A stretch of DNA of 64,000 bases from an uncultured Gemmatimonadales bacterium (GTDB lineage Bacteria; Gemmatimonadota; Gemmatimonadetes; Gemmatimonadales; Gemmatimonadaceae), in the NCBI GenBank assembly GCA_963701965.1, contig OY969695.1, positions 2,368,001 through 2,432,000 on the forward strand. Direction: 5' to 3'. Each line of letters opens with the position of its first letter. The stretch's first letter is position 1. A program made the translations under genes and the position numbers. Shown here piece by piece: positions 21,943 through 30,834 of this stretch. The notes beneath the pieces are model-generated. The model was not told where the DNA came from and made no database searches. It saw nothing but the letters and a program-made list of their open reading frames with translations.

Positions 21943-23254
21943 CGGCTCCCGGGCCGCGACGCCACAGCCAATAGACCGGGATTCCCAACGCGATGAGCGC
22001 GGCGCCAATCAGCGCGTTGCGCGGGCCGGAGCGCACGCTGCTCACGATGACGTACACGCAGACGACGAGGAACACGGCCGGTAGCGCCGGATATCCCGGC
22101 ACGCGAAATCCGGCTGGCGTCCCCGGGAGGTCGCGTCGGCGGTACACGAACAGCGTCGCGACGATAGCGCCGAAAAAGAGCCAGTCGCCGAAGATGACAT
22201 AGTCGAGCAACGCGCCGTATTTGCCCGTTGCCGTGAGCGCTACGGCCCAGACCGCCTGCCAGCACAGCGCGACCGCGGGCGTGCGGTAACGCGGATGCAA
22301 CGCCGCCGCCCGGCGAAAGAAGAGACCGTCAGCGGCCATCGTCTGCAGGATGCGGGGCGCCGAGAGGATCGTGATGTTCACGAAACCGAACGTCGAGACC
22401 GCGATCCCCAAGCCGACCAGGGTGCCGCCGAGGGAGCCGACGGCGCGCTCGAGCGTATCCGTCGCCGGCGCGCGGCTCGCGGCGAGACCGGCGGGACCCA
22501 GCGCTGTTACGTAGGCGAGATTCGCCAGCAAGTACACGACGACGACGATCGCCATGCCGACCAGCATCGCCCGCGGCAGCGTGCGTTCCGGATCGCGCAT
22601 CTCGCCCGCCACGTTGTTCGCGTGGGCCCAACCGCCATAGGCAAACAGGATCGGAACGAGCGCGATCCCGACACTCCGCACCAGATCGTGCGTCGGCGGG
22701 GCGACGGCGAGCGACGCCGCGCGGCCGTGGCCGAGGCCGACTATGAGACCGGCGACAATGACGGCGGCGAGCGCCGCCAGCTTGAGCACGGTGAAAATGT
22801 TCTGCGTCAGGGCGCCGGCCCGTACGCCGCGCACATTGATCGCCGTCAGCAACAACACCGCGCCGATCGCGATCGGTCGTTCCGCGGATTCGGAGAGGCC
22901 CACGAGAACGGCGGAGTAGTGCGCGAATGTCACCGCCACGGCGGCCATGCCGCCCGTGTTGACGACGAGCAGAAACGTCCAGCCGTAAAGGAAAGCCGGC
23001 AGCGGGCCGAATGCTTCGCGCAGGTACACGTAGCCGCCGCCGGCCGCGGGCCGCCGGCCGCCCAGCTCGGCGAAGCAGAGCGCGCCGACGGCCGCGATCG
23101 CGCCACCCAGCACCCAGACGGCGAGGATGAGCGGCTCCGTCGTGACACGCTGGGCGACTACGGCAGGATTCAGAAAGATGCCGCCGCCGATGATGCCACC
23201 GGCTGTCACCATCGCCGCATTGAACAGGCCCAGGCGGCGGGCGTAGTCAGTCAT
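21884..23254 (-). CDS. APC family amino acid permease
   Basis: GGIIGGGIF, FAELG, AGGGYVYLREAFG, FAYGGW, GEMRDPERTLPRA and HPRYRTP motifs; ATG at 23254 overlaps the ROK stop. Confidence 0.92.
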   Translation of the reverse strand: MTDYARRLGLFNAAMVTAGGIIGGGIFLNPAVVAQRVTTEPLILAVWVLGGAIAAVGALCFAELGGRRPAAGGGYVYLREAFGPLPAFLYGWTFLLVVNTGGMAAVAVTFAHYSAVLVGLSESAERPIAIGAVLLLTAINVRGVRAGALTQNIFTVLKLAALAAVIVAGLIVGLGHGRAASLAVAPPTHDLVRSVGIALVPILFAYGGWAHANNVAGEMRDPERTLPRAMLVGMAIVVVVYLLANLAYVTALGPAGLAASRAPATDTLERAVGSLGGTLVGLGIAVSTFGFVNITILSAPRILQTMAADGLFFRRAAALHPRYRTPAVALCWQAVWAVALTATGKYGALLDYVIFGDWLFFGAIVATLFVYRRRDLPGTPAGFRVPGYPALPAVFLVVCVYVIVSSVRSGPRNALIGAALIALGIPVYWLWRRGPGAVSSTPPSAGNPETSPPPLS

Positions 23255-24192
23255 GACTCCAACGCGTCGAGCGCCGCCATCAGCGACTGCACATCGCCCA
23301 GCCGGGGCCCAAGCGCGCTGGGGACGACCTCGCAGGCGGCGACGGCGCGCGGCTGCGCGCGCCGGGCCAGCACCGCGCGCGCGGGGCCGAGGAGGCGCTC
23401 GCCCAGGACCACGGCCAGGGAGCCGACGACGATCACGCGCGGGTTGAGCACGGTCACGAGCGCCGCCATGCCCGCGCCCAGCCACCGGCCGCACTCCTCG
23501 ACAGCGCCGAGCGCTCCGGGATCTCCGGCGAGCGCGGCGTCGACGATATCGCGGATGCGCGCCTCGGGACTCCAGCGCCCGGGTTCAAGACGGCGGGCCA
23601 CGGCGAGCAACCCGCGGCCCGATGAAACACTCTCCCACCCCTCGTCCGCGGTGAGGCGCATGTCCGGTTCACCCGCGACCGCCAGCATCCAGACCTCGCC
23701 CGCCATTTCGCTGGCGCCGCGCACCAGCCGCCCGTTGGCGATGATCCCGGCGCCGTTCCCCGTGCCAAATGTCAGAAAGACGAGATCGGCGAGCCCGGGC
23801 CGCGTCGCTCCCACGCCGAATCGGAACTCGGCCAGCGCCCCGGCTTTGGCGTCGTGCTCGACATAGACGGGGAGCGGAAACCGGTCCTCCAGCGTGGCTT
23901 TGAGGGCGACGCCGTGCCATCCAAGGAGATTCGGTGGATCGAGCAGTCGGCCCGCGCGTGCGTCGACCGGCCCGGCGACGGCGACGCTGATCGCGATCGG
24001 ACGCCGCCCGCTCGCGCGCGCGCGCTCCATCGCCAGCACCATGCGCTCGGCCAACGCCGGAAACGTGTCCGCGAACGGCCGGTGGCCCTCGGTCGGTCCG
24101 ACGTGCCGCTGGAGGATCGCGCCATCGAACGTGCCTTCGACGACCGCGGTTTTCGTCCCCCCGACATCGATACCGATGATCGTCTTGGTCAC
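23251..24192 (-). CDS. ROK family sugar kinase/regulator
   Basis: GIDVGGTK, EHDAKAGALAE, FGTGNGAG and AGEV motifs; the Cys-rich zinc motif is absent. Confidence 0.9.
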   Translation of the reverse strand: MTKTIIGIDVGGTKTAVVEGTFDGAILQRHVGPTEGHRPFADTFPALAERMVLAMERARASGRRPIAISVAVAGPVDARAGRLLDPPNLLGWHGVALKATLEDRFPLPVYVEHDAKAGALAEFRFGVGATRPGLADLVFLTFGTGNGAGIIANGRLVRGASEMAGEVWMLAVAGEPDMRLTADEGWESVSSGRGLLAVARRLEPGRWSPEARIRDIVDAALAGDPGALGAVEECGRWLGAGMAALVTVLNPRVIVVGSLAVVLGERLLGPARAVLARRAQPRAVAACEVVPSALGPRLGDVQSLMAALDALES

Positions 24193-24707
24193 GCGACGGA
24201 CCCGGCGTCGACATGCCGATACATATGGGCCTCGTCGAGATACGCGTCGCCGACGCGGACGGCCTTTGGCTCGATCCCGTAGACCGTGAATCCCGACCGC
24301 TCGTACAGGCGACGCGCTTCGGCGTTGTCGGCGATGACCGCCAGGACCACCAGCGTGACGCCGATGACCCGCGCGCGCTCGATGAGGTGGGCGACGATCT
24401 GGCCCGCGATGCCCGCGCCGCGAAAGGCCGGTTGCACGTACACGCCGACCAGGACGGCCTTGTGCGCGGTCTTGGCGCGCGTCTCGCGCACCAGCCCCGC
24501 GATGCCGACCAGCGTCTCGCCGGCGAACGCCCCGAACATGTTGCCGCGCGACAACTGCTCGGCGACCGATTCCAGCGGACGCGCGAGCTCATCGGACGGC
24601 GCGCTGTGGAACGCGCGGGCATCGCGGGTGAGCGCTTCGACGCGGATGGCGCGATAGGCGGCGGCGTCGCTGGCGTCGAGACGCCGGTACGTGATCGCGG
24701 CGGGCAT
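24189..24707 (-). CDS. GNAT family N-acetyltransferase
   Basis: VYVQPAFRGAGIA acetyl-CoA motif and NAEARRLYERSGF. Confidence 0.92.
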   Translation of the reverse strand: MPAAITYRRLDASDAAAYRAIRVEALTRDARAFHSAPSDELARPLESVAEQLSRGNMFGAFAGETLVGIAGLVRETRAKTAHKAVLVGVYVQPAFRGAGIAGQIVAHLIERARVIGVTLVVLAVIADNAEARRLYERSGFTVYGIEPKAVRVGDAYLDEAHMYRHVDAGSVA

Positions 24708-24740
24708 GGCGTAAGGTGCCAGCTTGACCCGCCGCCGCAC

Positions 24741-24758
24741 TACGTGTATGTACTCATA
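24741..24758. promoter_or_regulatory. Imperfect palindrome, probable MarR operator
   Basis: TACGTGTA-TG-TACTCATA (6 of 8 pairs) is AT-rich, lies 2 nt before the marR ATG and sits between divergent marR and GNAT genes. Confidence 0.5.
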
Positions 24759-24760
24759 TT

Positions 24761-25210
24761 ATGCACAAAGAGGCCTGGCGCCAGCAGATCGCCGAACAGA
24801 CGGCGCAGTGCGCGTTGGCGAACCTGCGGCGCGCGGCGCGGTCGGTGACGCGCTTGTTCGATGAGGCATTGGCGCCGAGCGGGCTCCGGTCCACGCAGTT
24901 CACGGTCCTGGCGACCGTGGCGGCGGCCGGCACCGTGAACATGTCGGACCTGGCCGAGCAGCTGGGGATGGATCGCACGACGTTGGCGCGCAATCTCGGA
25001 CCGCTGGAGCGCGACAAGTTGCTGGCGATCGAGGCGGGCGTGGATCAGCGCGTGCGGCTCGTGTCGCTGACCGACGTCGGGCTCGAACGCCTGCGCGCGG
25101 CTGCGCCGCTGCGGGCGGCTGCGCAGCGCCGCGTCGTGAGCACGCTCGGCGCCGAGAATTTTCGGCACTTCCTCGGCACTCTGGACACCGTCGCGTCAGT
25201 CGACGGCTAG
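24761..25210 (+). CDS. MarR family transcriptional regulator
   Basis: LRRAARSVTRLFD, GLRSTQF, MDRTTLARNL and DQRVRLVSLT winged-HTH pattern. Confidence 0.93.
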   Translation: MHKEAWRQQIAEQTAQCALANLRRAARSVTRLFDEALAPSGLRSTQFTVLATVAAAGTVNMSDLAEQLGMDRTTLARNLGPLERDKLLAIEAGVDQRVRLVSLTDVGLERLRAAAPLRAAAQRRVVSTLGAENFRHFLGTLDTVASVDG

Positions 25211-25211
25211 A

Positions 25212-25643
25212 TCAATCCGCCCGGCGCGGCTCCGACGTGCGGATGATCGGCGATGCGCTTTCGAGCACGCGCTCGATGGTCGCGACGACCTCGCGGGGCG
25301 TGCACGGCTTCGCCAGATACGCGGAGCATCCGGCCGCCGCGGCGCGCTCGGGCGCCGGCGGCACGGCGTACGCCGTGAGCGCCACCACGGGAATCCGCCG
25401 CGTCTCCGGGTCGGCTTTGAGCCGGCGCGTGGCCTCGAACCCGTCCATCTCCGGCAGCGCGATGTCCATGAGGATCACATCGATCGCCTCGCGCCGCGCC
25501 ATCGTCAGCGCCGCGGCGCCGGTCGCCGCTTCACGCACGTGGAAGCCGACGTGGCGGAGATACGCGCCGTACATCACGCGCGTATCCTCGCTGTCATCGA
25601 CGACCAACACTGTGCGCGCGGTCAGCACTTCCCGCTCGACCAC
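25212..25643 (-). CDS. Single-domain response regulator (DivK/CheY-like)
   Basis: VLVVDD, LMDIALPEMDG, ALTA and YLAKP motifs. Confidence 0.93.
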   Translation of the reverse strand: MVEREVLTARTVLVVDDSEDTRVMYGAYLRHVGFHVREAATGAAALTMARREAIDVILMDIALPEMDGFEATRRLKADPETRRIPVVALTAYAVPPAPERAAAAGCSAYLAKPCTPREVVATIERVLESASPIIRTSEPRRAD

Positions 25644-25870
25644 TGGTCACCCCCGATCATCGAGCCTGTTCGGCGGCCGGACTGGCATGGCGAACCGGAC
25701 CGTGCCGGTCTGCTGTAGCCTCCTAGCTTTGCGCCCCCGCTTTTCAGCGGGTATGCCATTTTCGCGAGCACCCCTGGGAGGGACCCTCGCCACCTGTAAT
25801 TTGCCGTCTCTAGCAATCTACACCGGCGGTTGAGGTCGACAAGTTGACTTTATGTCGCTTTCTTGAAAGC

Positions 25871-26332
25871 ATGTCATACAACAAGCCAGACGAGGACGAT
25901 CTCAAGGCTCGGCTGACGCCGATACAGTACAAAGTGACTCAACACGAAGGCACCGAGCCCCCGTTTCGCAATGAATATTGGAACAATCACGAACCGGGCA
26001 TCTACGTAGACGTCGTGAGCGGCGAACCGTTATTCAGTTCTCTCGACAAATACGACTCGGGCACCGGGTGGCCGAGCTTCAGCAAACCATTAGATCCGTC
26101 CAACGTTCGCACACGTCAGGATCGGCATCTCCTGTCGGAGCGCACCGAGGTCCGGTCCGCGCAGGGCGATTCCCATCTCGGTCACGTGTTCGACGACGGC
26201 CCCCAACCCACCGGCCAGCGTTTTTGCATGAATTCGGCGGCACTGCGCTTCGTGCCGGCCGATCGGCTGGAAGCGGAGGGGTACGGTCAGTTTCTGCCGC
26301 TGTTCAAGGACGCGCCCAGGCCCGGGAGGTAG
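25871..26332 (+). CDS. msrB: Peptide-methionine (R)-S-oxide reductase
   Basis: [34 protein letters not shown] and RFCMNSAAL motifs. Confidence 0.97.
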   Translation: MSYNKPDEDDLKARLTPIQYKVTQHEGTEPPFRNEYWNNHEPGIYVDVVSGEPLFSSLDKYDSGTGWPSFSKPLDPSNVRTRQDRHLLSERTEVRSAQGDSHLGHVFDDGPQPTGQRFCMNSAALRFVPADRLEAEGYGQFLPLFKDAPRPGR

Positions 26333-26434
26333 GACTCTTTTACGTCTCCACGGGCGGGCAGGTGACGCCACTGGCGGCCGATGCGACGGCGCTCTTGCCC
26401 TGGTGGCATCAGTGGCTGAATGTTGCGGCCCACC

Positions 26435-27745
26435 ATGCCCACCGACACGGCGATCGCCCACGCTGAATACTTCGAGCTGCTGCGCGAGCTGGCCGAGACG
26501 GGCCGGGCGCGGGGACTCTCCAACGAAGACGTCGAGCGGGACCCGCAGTGGCGCACCGCGGTCGCGGGACTGGTCACCCTTCGCCTGATCGATCGATGGG
26601 CCGAGAGCCGCACGGGGGCGGCGACGCCCCTGTTGTCGGAGATCGAGGCGGTACAGCAATCGATCATCGCGTGCGACGCGGGTCCCATCCCCAACATCCT
26701 GAGCGGCATCGTGCTGGCGGTGACCCGTTGGTGGGCACGGCGCGCGCCCGCGGTGCTCACCAGCCTGCTGGCCTACGCGCGGCTCCTCGACGGCGACGAG
26801 CATCGCTCGTGGCAGTTGGCCGAGGATGTCTACACCACGTTTCTCCGCCATGCGCGCACGCCGGACGAATTCGAGCTGGTGCCCAATGCCTGCGTGCGGT
26901 TGGGGCGGTGTCAACGCAACCGCGGGCATCTCGACGATGCCGCCACGTCGTTTGATCACGCCGTCGAAGCCGGCGAAGCGCAAGGCGACGCGTACAACAT
27001 GTTCCTGGGACGCATTGGCACGGCGACGATTATTCGATTGCGCGGCGATCTGCCCGCGGCGGAGGCGGCGTTGGACGCCATCATCCGCGATGCCGAGCCG
27101 ATGGCCGCTTCGCAGTCCGCGTATTTCGAACCGCTGGCCCGCGCCAAGCACGAGCGCGCGTACGTGGCCTACGAACGCCAGGACTATCAGCGCGCCATCA
27201 TGCATCTGCATGCCGCGATGCGGGCGTACACCGACGACCGCTTGCGCGACAACGCGCTGCACGATCTGGCGCTCGTCTTCGTCGACATCGGCCTGCGCGA
27301 AGCGGGACGCGACGCGTTCCTCGTTCTGCGCGCCAGCGGCGCGTCGCCCATCCAACGGTGGTCGGCGATGATCAATCTGCTGCGCCTCGCGGTCACCGAG
27401 GGGCAGGAGACGGTGTTCGAGCGCTATCGGCGGGAGATTGCGACCGTGAAGAACCTGCCGCCGTTTCTCGCCGCCCATTACTACCTGCACCTCGGGGATG
27501 GCTATCGACGCTTTGGGCGTCCCGCGGCATCGCGGAACGCATTGGCCCGCGCCATCCATCTCGCCGAACAGCACCGGTTCAACCACGTCCTGATGCGGGC
27601 CGAAGAGCTCGCGGCCACTCCGGCCGACGCCATGCCCGCGCCTGTCCATGTCTCGTCCGTGGCGCCGGCCGTCTCCGCGATCGCGGAAGTCGCCGGCGTC
27701 ATGCGTGTGCTACGCGAGCTGGCGACCGCGGGGGAGGTCGACTAA
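26435..27745 (+). CDS. Cytoplasmic TPR-repeat protein (candidate peptide receptor)
   Basis: Helical repeats such as LGRCQRNRGHLDDAATSFDHA, RGDLPAAEAALDA, ALHDLALVFVDIGLREAG and LGDGYRRFGRPAASRNALARA. No signal peptide or TM segment. Confidence 0.8.
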   Translation: MPTDTAIAHAEYFELLRELAETGRARGLSNEDVERDPQWRTAVAGLVTLRLIDRWAESRTGAATPLLSEIEAVQQSIIACDAGPIPNILSGIVLAVTRWWARRAPAVLTSLLAYARLLDGDEHRSWQLAEDVYTTFLRHARTPDEFELVPNACVRLGRCQRNRGHLDDAATSFDHAVEAGEAQGDAYNMFLGRIGTATIIRLRGDLPAAEAALDAIIRDAEPMAASQSAYFEPLARAKHERAYVAYERQDYQRAIMHLHAAMRAYTDDRLRDNALHDLALVFVDIGLREAGRDAFLVLRASGASPIQRWSAMINLLRLAVTEGQETVFERYRREIATVKNLPPFLAAHYYLHLGDGYRRFGRPAASRNALARAIHLAEQHRFNHVLMRAEELAATPADAMPAPVHVSSVAPAVSAIAEVAGVMRVLRELATAGEVD

Positions 27746-27752
27746 AAGGGGA

Positions 27753-27902
27753 TCAGCCGCCGCCGATCATGACACCGCCGCCGGCGCTCATGTTCTGTGC
27801 GGGCCTCGCTTGGGATGTTGGGGCCGTCGGGTCGGCGCAGGCGGTGAGCGCACCGGCCAGGACCAGCGCCAGGGAGCCGGAGAGCAGGATGTGCTTGATC
27901 AT
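27753..27902 (-). CDS. Small 49-aa secreted lipopeptide/propeptide with C-terminal GGGVMIGGG
   Basis: Below the ORF-track cutoff: MIKHILLSGSLALVLAGALTAC-ADPTAPTSQARPAQNMSAGGGVMIGGG*. GAGG RBS 6 nt upstream of ATG, lipobox LTAC, strongly GC3-biased codons. Confidence 0.8.
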   Translation of the reverse strand: MIKHILLSGSLALVLAGALTACADPTAPTSQARPAQNMSAGGGVMIGGG

Positions 27903-28035
27903 GAAGTGCCTCGAAGCGTGGAGGAGACTGACCTCGTAATAGTGCTCTTCATGCGGAGCGGTCGCCTATGTCGTCACCGCGCCAACTCGCGGCGTCACTC
28001 AGCCATGCCGCGCCCGCTAAGATCGGATTTCACCT

Positions 28036-28839
28036 ATGGAAATCGCCGCGTATCTGCCCGACCAATTGCTGCGCCCCTTCCGTACCGCCGTGCGCGGGCT
28101 GTACACCGTGCACGATGTCTCAGGACTGTCCGAGCTCGAGGGCGCCCTGCGGTTCTATCCCATCGATGTCGCGGTCATCGACCCGCAACTGGTGGGTCTC
28201 GCGACGCTGCCGGCGCTGGTCGCCATGCTCGTCCGGCATTCGGCGGTCCACGTCGTGGCGTATACCACCGTGTCATCGGAAGCGGTGCGGGCGCACGGGC
28301 TTCTCGCCGCGCACGGCTACCGGCACCTCGTGCTGCGCGGGTTCGACGACAGCCCCGAAGCTATCCGGGCGCTGCTCGACGCGCTGCCGGCGGACACGCT
28401 GACGGAGCTGCTGCTCCCCATGATCGAAGATTTGCTGCGCCGGGTGCCGCCGTCGCTGGCCAGCGCGATCGAAACGTTGTTTCGCGCGCCGCACACCATC
28501 GCCACCGTCGACGAGCTGGCCCGCACGGCGGTCATGTCGCGCCGGACGTTCGATCGCGCGATCGAGCGGGCGGGATTCGCGCCGGGGTGGATGGTGGTCC
28601 GGATCGCGCGGGTCGTGCGGGCCTACCACTACCTGCGCTCCGGTCGCGCCAGTGTGCGCGAAGTGGCGACGAAGTTGGGGTACGCCACGGAGCGGGGATT
28701 TGCCAACGAAGTGCACCTGGTGTCCGGATTTCTGCCGTCGTCGCTGGCCGTGCAGCTCGAGCCGCACGATTTTCTCACCCGCACCGCGGCGCGGCTGCAC
28801 CGCGCCCCGCAGCCCGTCCGCGTGCACCACGCCGGTTAG
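28036..28839 (+). CDS. AraC-type HTH regulator with degenerate receiver-like N-terminal domain
   Basis: C-terminal double HTH (TVDELARTAVMSRRTFDRAI; SVREVATKLGYATERGF). N-terminal DVAVIDP...VVAYT beta/alpha pattern. Confidence 0.85.
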   Translation: MEIAAYLPDQLLRPFRTAVRGLYTVHDVSGLSELEGALRFYPIDVAVIDPQLVGLATLPALVAMLVRHSAVHVVAYTTVSSEAVRAHGLLAAHGYRHLVLRGFDDSPEAIRALLDALPADTLTELLLPMIEDLLRRVPPSLASAIETLFRAPHTIATVDELARTAVMSRRTFDRAIERAGFAPGWMVVRIARVVRAYHYLRSGRASVREVATKLGYATERGFANEVHLVSGFLPSSLAVQLEPHDFLTRTAARLHRAPQPVRVHHAG

Positions 28840-28849
28840 GTTTGGGGGC

Positions 28850-29602
28850 ATGGCCGACTCAGACGTGAGGCACTCCGATGCGGACGGCGTCCGCACCCTG
28901 GTGATCGACCGGCCGGACAAGCGCAACGCGATCACCGCGGCCATGTACACGGCGCTCGCCGACGCGCTGGTGGCGGCGCGCGAGGACGCTGGCGTCGCCG
29001 TCGTCGTGATCACCGGTGCCGGCGCGACGTTCACCGCGGGGAACGATCTCCGCGATTTTCTTAGAGCTCCGCCGGCCGCGGCGGACAGCCCCGTCTTTCG
29101 ATTCCTGATGGCGTTGGTCGATTTCGACAAGCCGCTCGTCGCCGCCGTGCGCGGCGCGGCCGTCGGGATCGGCACGACGATGCTGTTGCACTGCGATCTC
29201 GTCTACGCGGCGCCCTCGGCGCGCTTCCAGCTGCCGTTCGTGTCGCTGGGTCTCGTGCCGGAGGCGGCGAGCACGCTGCTCTTGCCGCGTCTCGTGGGCC
29301 AGCACCGCGCGGCGGAGTGGCTCCTGTTGGGCGAGCCGTTCGACGCGGCGGCCGCTGCGGCCGGCGGCCTGGTGAACGCGATCATTCCTGACGAGGCGCT
29401 GGACGCGCACGCGGCCGCCAAGGCCCGCGCGCTTGCCGCCAAGCCCCGCGCGGCGCTGCGGCACACCAAGCGGTTGCTGCGCGCGGATATGGCGGAGGTC
29501 AAGGCTGCCATGCAGCGGGAAGCCGATCTCTTTTTGGAGGCGCTGCGATCGCCAGAGGCCCAAGCGGCGTTTCGCGCCTTTCTGGAAAAGGCTACGCGGT
29601 AA
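28850..29602 (+). CDS. Enoyl-CoA hydratase/isomerase
   Basis: RPDKRNAIT, FTAGNDL, KPLVAAVRGAAVGIG and LGLVPEA motifs. Confidence 0.95.
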   Translation: MADSDVRHSDADGVRTLVIDRPDKRNAITAAMYTALADALVAAREDAGVAVVVITGAGATFTAGNDLRDFLRAPPAAADSPVFRFLMALVDFDKPLVAAVRGAAVGIGTTMLLHCDLVYAAPSARFQLPFVSLGLVPEAASTLLLPRLVGQHRAAEWLLLGEPFDAAAAAAGGLVNAIIPDEALDAHAAAKARALAAKPRAALRHTKRLLRADMAEVKAAMQREADLFLEALRSPEAQAAFRAFLEKATR

Positions 29603-29930
29603 GGGCCGACGCATCGGCCAGCGTCACGGCTGGCCAGAGCCCTTCGTACAGCCACACGGCTCCCGTCACCCGGACGCGCCGGCCGCGCAGCCGGTGGAGC
29701 GCCGACAGCCGCAGGGTGTCGGGAATCCATATGGTGAGCGTCTCGGCGGGATGGACGGCGCCCAGATGCAAGATGTGCATGCCGGGGCTCGAGCGCGTGG
29801 CGGTGACGGCGGCGACCACGCCTTCCAGTGTCACGTGTCGTCCAACGTATGCCGCGGCCATCGCGTCCGGAACGATCTCAGGCTGAGCCCGCTCGGATCG
29901 CTCGCGCCTTCGTGACCGCAGGGTCCGCAT
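29592..29930 (-). CDS. Hypothetical OB-fold-like protein
   Basis: VGRHVTLEGVV...LRGRRVRVTGAVWLY pattern resembles OB-fold nucleic-acid-binding domains. Confidence 0.55.
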   Translation of the reverse strand: MRTLRSRRRERSERAQPEIVPDAMAAAYVGRHVTLEGVVAAVTATRSSPGMHILHLGAVHPAETLTIWIPDTLRLSALHRLRGRRVRVTGAVWLYEGLWPAVTLADASALTA

Positions 29931-29967
29931 GAGCGGCTATCCTAACGGCCCAACCTGTCACCACAAT

Positions 29968-30062
29968 GACACTAGAGGCGGACTGCTCCGCAGTCCGCTC
30001 CAGTGTCTGTCGGTTGGACTGAACTCGGCTGCGCCGAGTTCCAGGCGGACTGAGCTTGGCTG
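29968..30062. repeat. Intergenic REP/BIME-like composite hairpin element
   Basis: Hairpin 29968-30007 (GCGGACTGC-TCC-GCAGTCCGC core), hairpin GAACTCGGC-TGC-GCCGAGTTC, and a degenerate half copy. The reverse complement of 30009-30042 matches 30 of 34 nt of the virD4 insert unit. Confidence 0.8.
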
Positions 30063-30081
30063 TGAGGGGCTTGAGGGGGCG

Positions 30082-30834
30082 CTACGGGCGAACAAAGAAC
30101 CATATGGTCATCGTGAGGCCGATCGCGATCACCAGTGTTCTGATCCGCGCCGGCGGGACGCGGCGCGCAATCGCTCCGCCGGCGTAGCCGCCCACGATCG
30201 CCGAGATCGCCATCACGATCGCGGGCCGCCAGACGATCTCGTGGGCCACGGCGAAGGCCACGGCCGCGACGACGTTGAGGCAACCGGTGAGCAACGTCTT
30301 GAGCCCATTCATCTGGTGCAGCTCGGTCATGCCGGCGAGCGTCATCACGCCGAGCATCAGAATGCCGACGCCGCCGCCGAAGTACCCGCCGTAGATCGTG
30401 ATGACAAACAACGCGCCGATGAGCACGGGGACGCCGATACGGACGCGGCGCCGGACGGCTTCGGCGACCCGCCGCCCGCCGGCGAACACCAGCGTGGCCG
30501 TCAGCAGGAGCCATGGCGTGAGCGCCGCGAACGTCGCGGGGGGCGTCGACAGCAGCAGCCGGGCGCCGATCAGGCCACCGACCAAACTGATGGCGATCAG
30601 GGCGATGAGCGTCGGCCGTCCCAGTCCGGCGAGGTCGCGACGGTAGGCCACCGCGCTGGCCAGCGATCCCGGGCACACGCCGGCCGTGCTGGTGGCGTTG
30701 GCGACGATCGGAGACAGGCCGGCGAAGATGAGGGACGGGAAGGTCAGGAACGTGCCGCCGCCGGCGACCGCGTTGATGGCTCCGGCCGCGAATGCCGCCG
30801 CGGCCAGAAGGGCATCGGTGGTCCAGTGGATCAG
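30082..30834 (-). CDS. Sulfite exporter TauE/SafE family membrane protein (probable CTG start)
   Basis: AGAINAVAGGGTFLTFP, ANATS and YGGYFGGGVG motifs. Homology extends upstream of the ORF-track start (30678) to a CTG overlapping the previous TGA. Confidence 0.88.
   Translation of the reverse strand: MIHWTTDALLAAAAFAAGAINAVAGGGTFLTFPSLIFAGLSPIVANATSTAGVCPGSLASAVAYRRDLAGLGRPTLIALIAISLVGGLIGARLLLSTPPATFAALTPWLLLTATLVFAGGRRVAEAVRRRVRIGVPVLIGALFVITIYGGYFGGGVGILMLGVMTLAGMTELHQMNGLKTLLTGCLNVVAAVAFAVAHEIVWRPAIVMAISAIVGGYAGGAIARRVPPARIRTLVIAIGLTMTIWFFVRP

Noticed and set aside
20083..22008. 641-aa ORF ending in an SdpI domain
   Set aside because: Only 20083-20448 is protein-like; the rest is antisense to the SDR and DUF4136 genes.
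26363..26411. Imperfect inverted repeat TGACGCCAC...GTGGCATCA upstream of the TPR gene
   Set aside because: Short, with a long spacer, and plausible by chance in GC-rich DNA; worth revisiting only if conserved in homologous loci.
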